From the NCBI GenBank assembly GCA_964347045.1, contig CAYFXC010000017.1:1-39692 (forward strand): a stretch of 39,692 nt of DNA. The letters run 5' to 3'. The notes beneath the pieces were generated by a model, which had not been told where the DNA came from, ran no database searches, and was given only the letters and a program-made list of their open reading frames with translations. This document shows, piece by piece, positions 38,320 through 39,692 of this stretch (its first letter is position 1; each line of letters opens with the position of its first letter). A program made the position numbers and the translations under genes. The stretch is from an uncultured archaeon (GTDB lineage Archaea; Asgardarchaeota; Hermodarchaeia; Hermodarchaeales; Hermodarchaeaceae).

Positions 38320-38820
38320 TTATTTAAAGTGCTTCTTCATCGTCTCAAGATCATCCATAATTGCTTCGAGGTCTTCTTCATGTTCAACTTCATCTTGCAT
38401 GATTTTATATGCTAGGTGCTGGGTAATCGGATCCTTTCCTCGAGTCATCTCTGCAAGATTTTTGTAGACTTCAATTGCACATTGTTCGCCTTTGATATTC
38501 TGCTTAAGAACCGCTTCAACATAAGGATCAGAAGGGGCTTCATAGCCACAATTTGTCTTTGTTGTCCAATCCGATGGATTAAGTAGTGGAGTACCACCTA
38601 ATTGTATAATCCGCTCAACTAGCATGACAGCGTGTCCTAATTCCTCGTTAGCATGTTGTTCGAGCTCGGCTACGACCGCGTCCCGCATTGGCCCAACAGC
38701 AACCTTTGCTCCAATCCAATATTGATAATATGCCAGCCATTCGTCAGCTAACGCCTTGTTGAGAAATTTTAGAAGTTCTTTGATGTCTAATTGGATGATT
38801 TCACGACCTTTTGTTCCCAT
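38320..38820 (-). CDS. DPS-like (DPSL / thioferritin) ferritin-family protein
   Basis: LNKALADEWLAYYQYW, EELGH, RIIQLGGTP, a cysteine pair (TNCGY, GEQCAI), DEVEHEEDL; ATG 38820 follows ggaggt. Confidence 0.85.
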   Translation of the reverse strand: MGTKGREIIQLDIKELLKFLNKALADEWLAYYQYWIGAKVAVGPMRDAVVAELEQHANEELGHAVMLVERIIQLGGTPLLNPSDWTTKTNCGYEAPSDPYVEAVLKQNIKGEQCAIEVYKNLAEMTRGKDPITQHLAYKIMQDEVEHEEDLEAIMDDLETMKKHFK

Positions 38821-39129
38821 TTTGAAACCTCCCATAAGTTATTCAGGGATTTTGTGATGGTGAATCTGTCTTTGTTCCTTAAAATACGCTATTATCGTAC
38901 TATTTACAATGATAGTTAATTATGGCAAAGATTCACAACGTTTCTCACACCATTATTTTCAATCTAATTACGTGAAGATTCAAAACAATAACTCTCACCT
39001 ATTTCCATGACCTGAATTATTAAGAATCTACCATTCAATTGTGAATGGCAATTAATTGTTTGTGAATTTTCGTCAAATCTATTTAGAGTTAGTAGTTAGA
39101 TTCATCTAAAATATAAGAAAAAAAGAAAA

Positions 39130-39162
39130 TGCAGATGGGTGGTGCTTTACCACCTTTCTGCA
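39130..39162 (-). terminator. stem-loop plus T-tract downstream of ferritin
   Basis: TGCAGA..GGTGGT-loop-ACCACC..TCTGCA, followed on the - strand by TTTTCTTTTTTTC. Confidence 0.55.
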
Positions 39163-39195
39163 ATGAAGTCATTATTCGTCATCGATTATTGAAAT

Positions 39196-39690
39196 CTACT
39201 TTTCACGCTGACGAAGCCTACCATCGAGCATGAATAATGCGCCTTTATTGTCACCAATCTGTTTCAGCAAGTCTGCAATACGTGAAGTTTGTTCTTCTTC
39301 TTCCACTTGTTCATCGTAGAACCAATTAAGTAATGGAATGGCAGACCTGTCATCCAATTTTTCAGCGAGTTTGCCAATTTTGAAGATGCGATCGGTGACA
39401 ATTTTTTCATGTTCATAGGCGTTTTTCCATGCGGCTAATGGTGAATCCCATTCAGTTCCGGGGGCTTCAATCTCAGTTAGGATAACACGACCTCCGCGAT
39501 CAGAAATATGGGTCCAGAATCGCATTGCATGGTCATATTCTTCACTAGCTTGGATTTTCATCCAATGGGCCATACCGGTTAGGTTTAGGGATTCAAAATA
39601 GGCTGCCATGGAAAGGTAGATGTAAGCAGAATGTAGTTCAAAGTTAATTTGATCATTAATTGCTTCTTGAAGTTCTTTGCTAATTTCCAT
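39196..39690 (-). CDS. ftnA: non-heme ferritin
   Basis: INDQINFELHSAYIYLSMAAY, QASEEYDHA, AYEHEKIVT, LNWFYDEQVEEE ferroxidase motifs. Confidence 0.92.
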   Translation of the reverse strand: MEISKELQEAINDQINFELHSAYIYLSMAAYFESLNLTGMAHWMKIQASEEYDHAMRFWTHISDRGGRVILTEIEAPGTEWDSPLAAWKNAYEHEKIVTDRIFKIGKLAEKLDDRSAIPLLNWFYDEQVEEEEQTSRIADLLKQIGDNKGALFMLDGRLRQREK

Positions 39691-39692
39691 GT

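Noticed and set aside
39130-39162. Iron-responsive element near ferritin
   Set aside because: No CAGUGN loop; position and T-tract fit a terminator.

Overview
Gene-dense archaeal chromosomal window, supported by a class I LysRS, Alba, a PDCD5-family protein, a UPF0282 hydrolase and TATA-like promoters. Eukaryote-like proteins suggest an Asgard-type lineage, but that is inference. Housekeeping and metabolic genes include hflX, lysS, a compact bacterial-type alaS, a Nudix hydrolase, mtnP, a purine PRTase, two EamA transporters, an amidohydrolase and a methyltransferase. The main unusual elements are: (1) a stand-alone protein with a recognisable E2F/DP-type winged-helix DNA-binding domain (KRRLYDVIEVL..GLV...F.WK); (2) a complete bacillithiol-type biosynthesis trio (bshB1/bshA/bshC), whose BshC has a CxxxxC/CxxC insert and overlaps a transglutaminase-like gene; (3) a coiled-coil/Pro-rich protein with four P(S/T)AP motifs and a WH2/MIM-like terminal helix; (4) a TrxR-like flavoprotein lacking NADPH-binding motifs next to a ferredoxin; (5) an Alba with a long Lys/Glu/Ala tail and structured UTRs; (6) a hemerythrin/DPSL/ferritin iron-oxygen cluster. 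Smaller signals are a shared 21-bp operator candidate, an 18-bp direct-repeat-flanked cassette beside a truncated amidase, and several pseudogenes. No rRNA, tRNA, CRISPR array or transposase was recognised. All family assignments come from recalled motifs; no database search was run.
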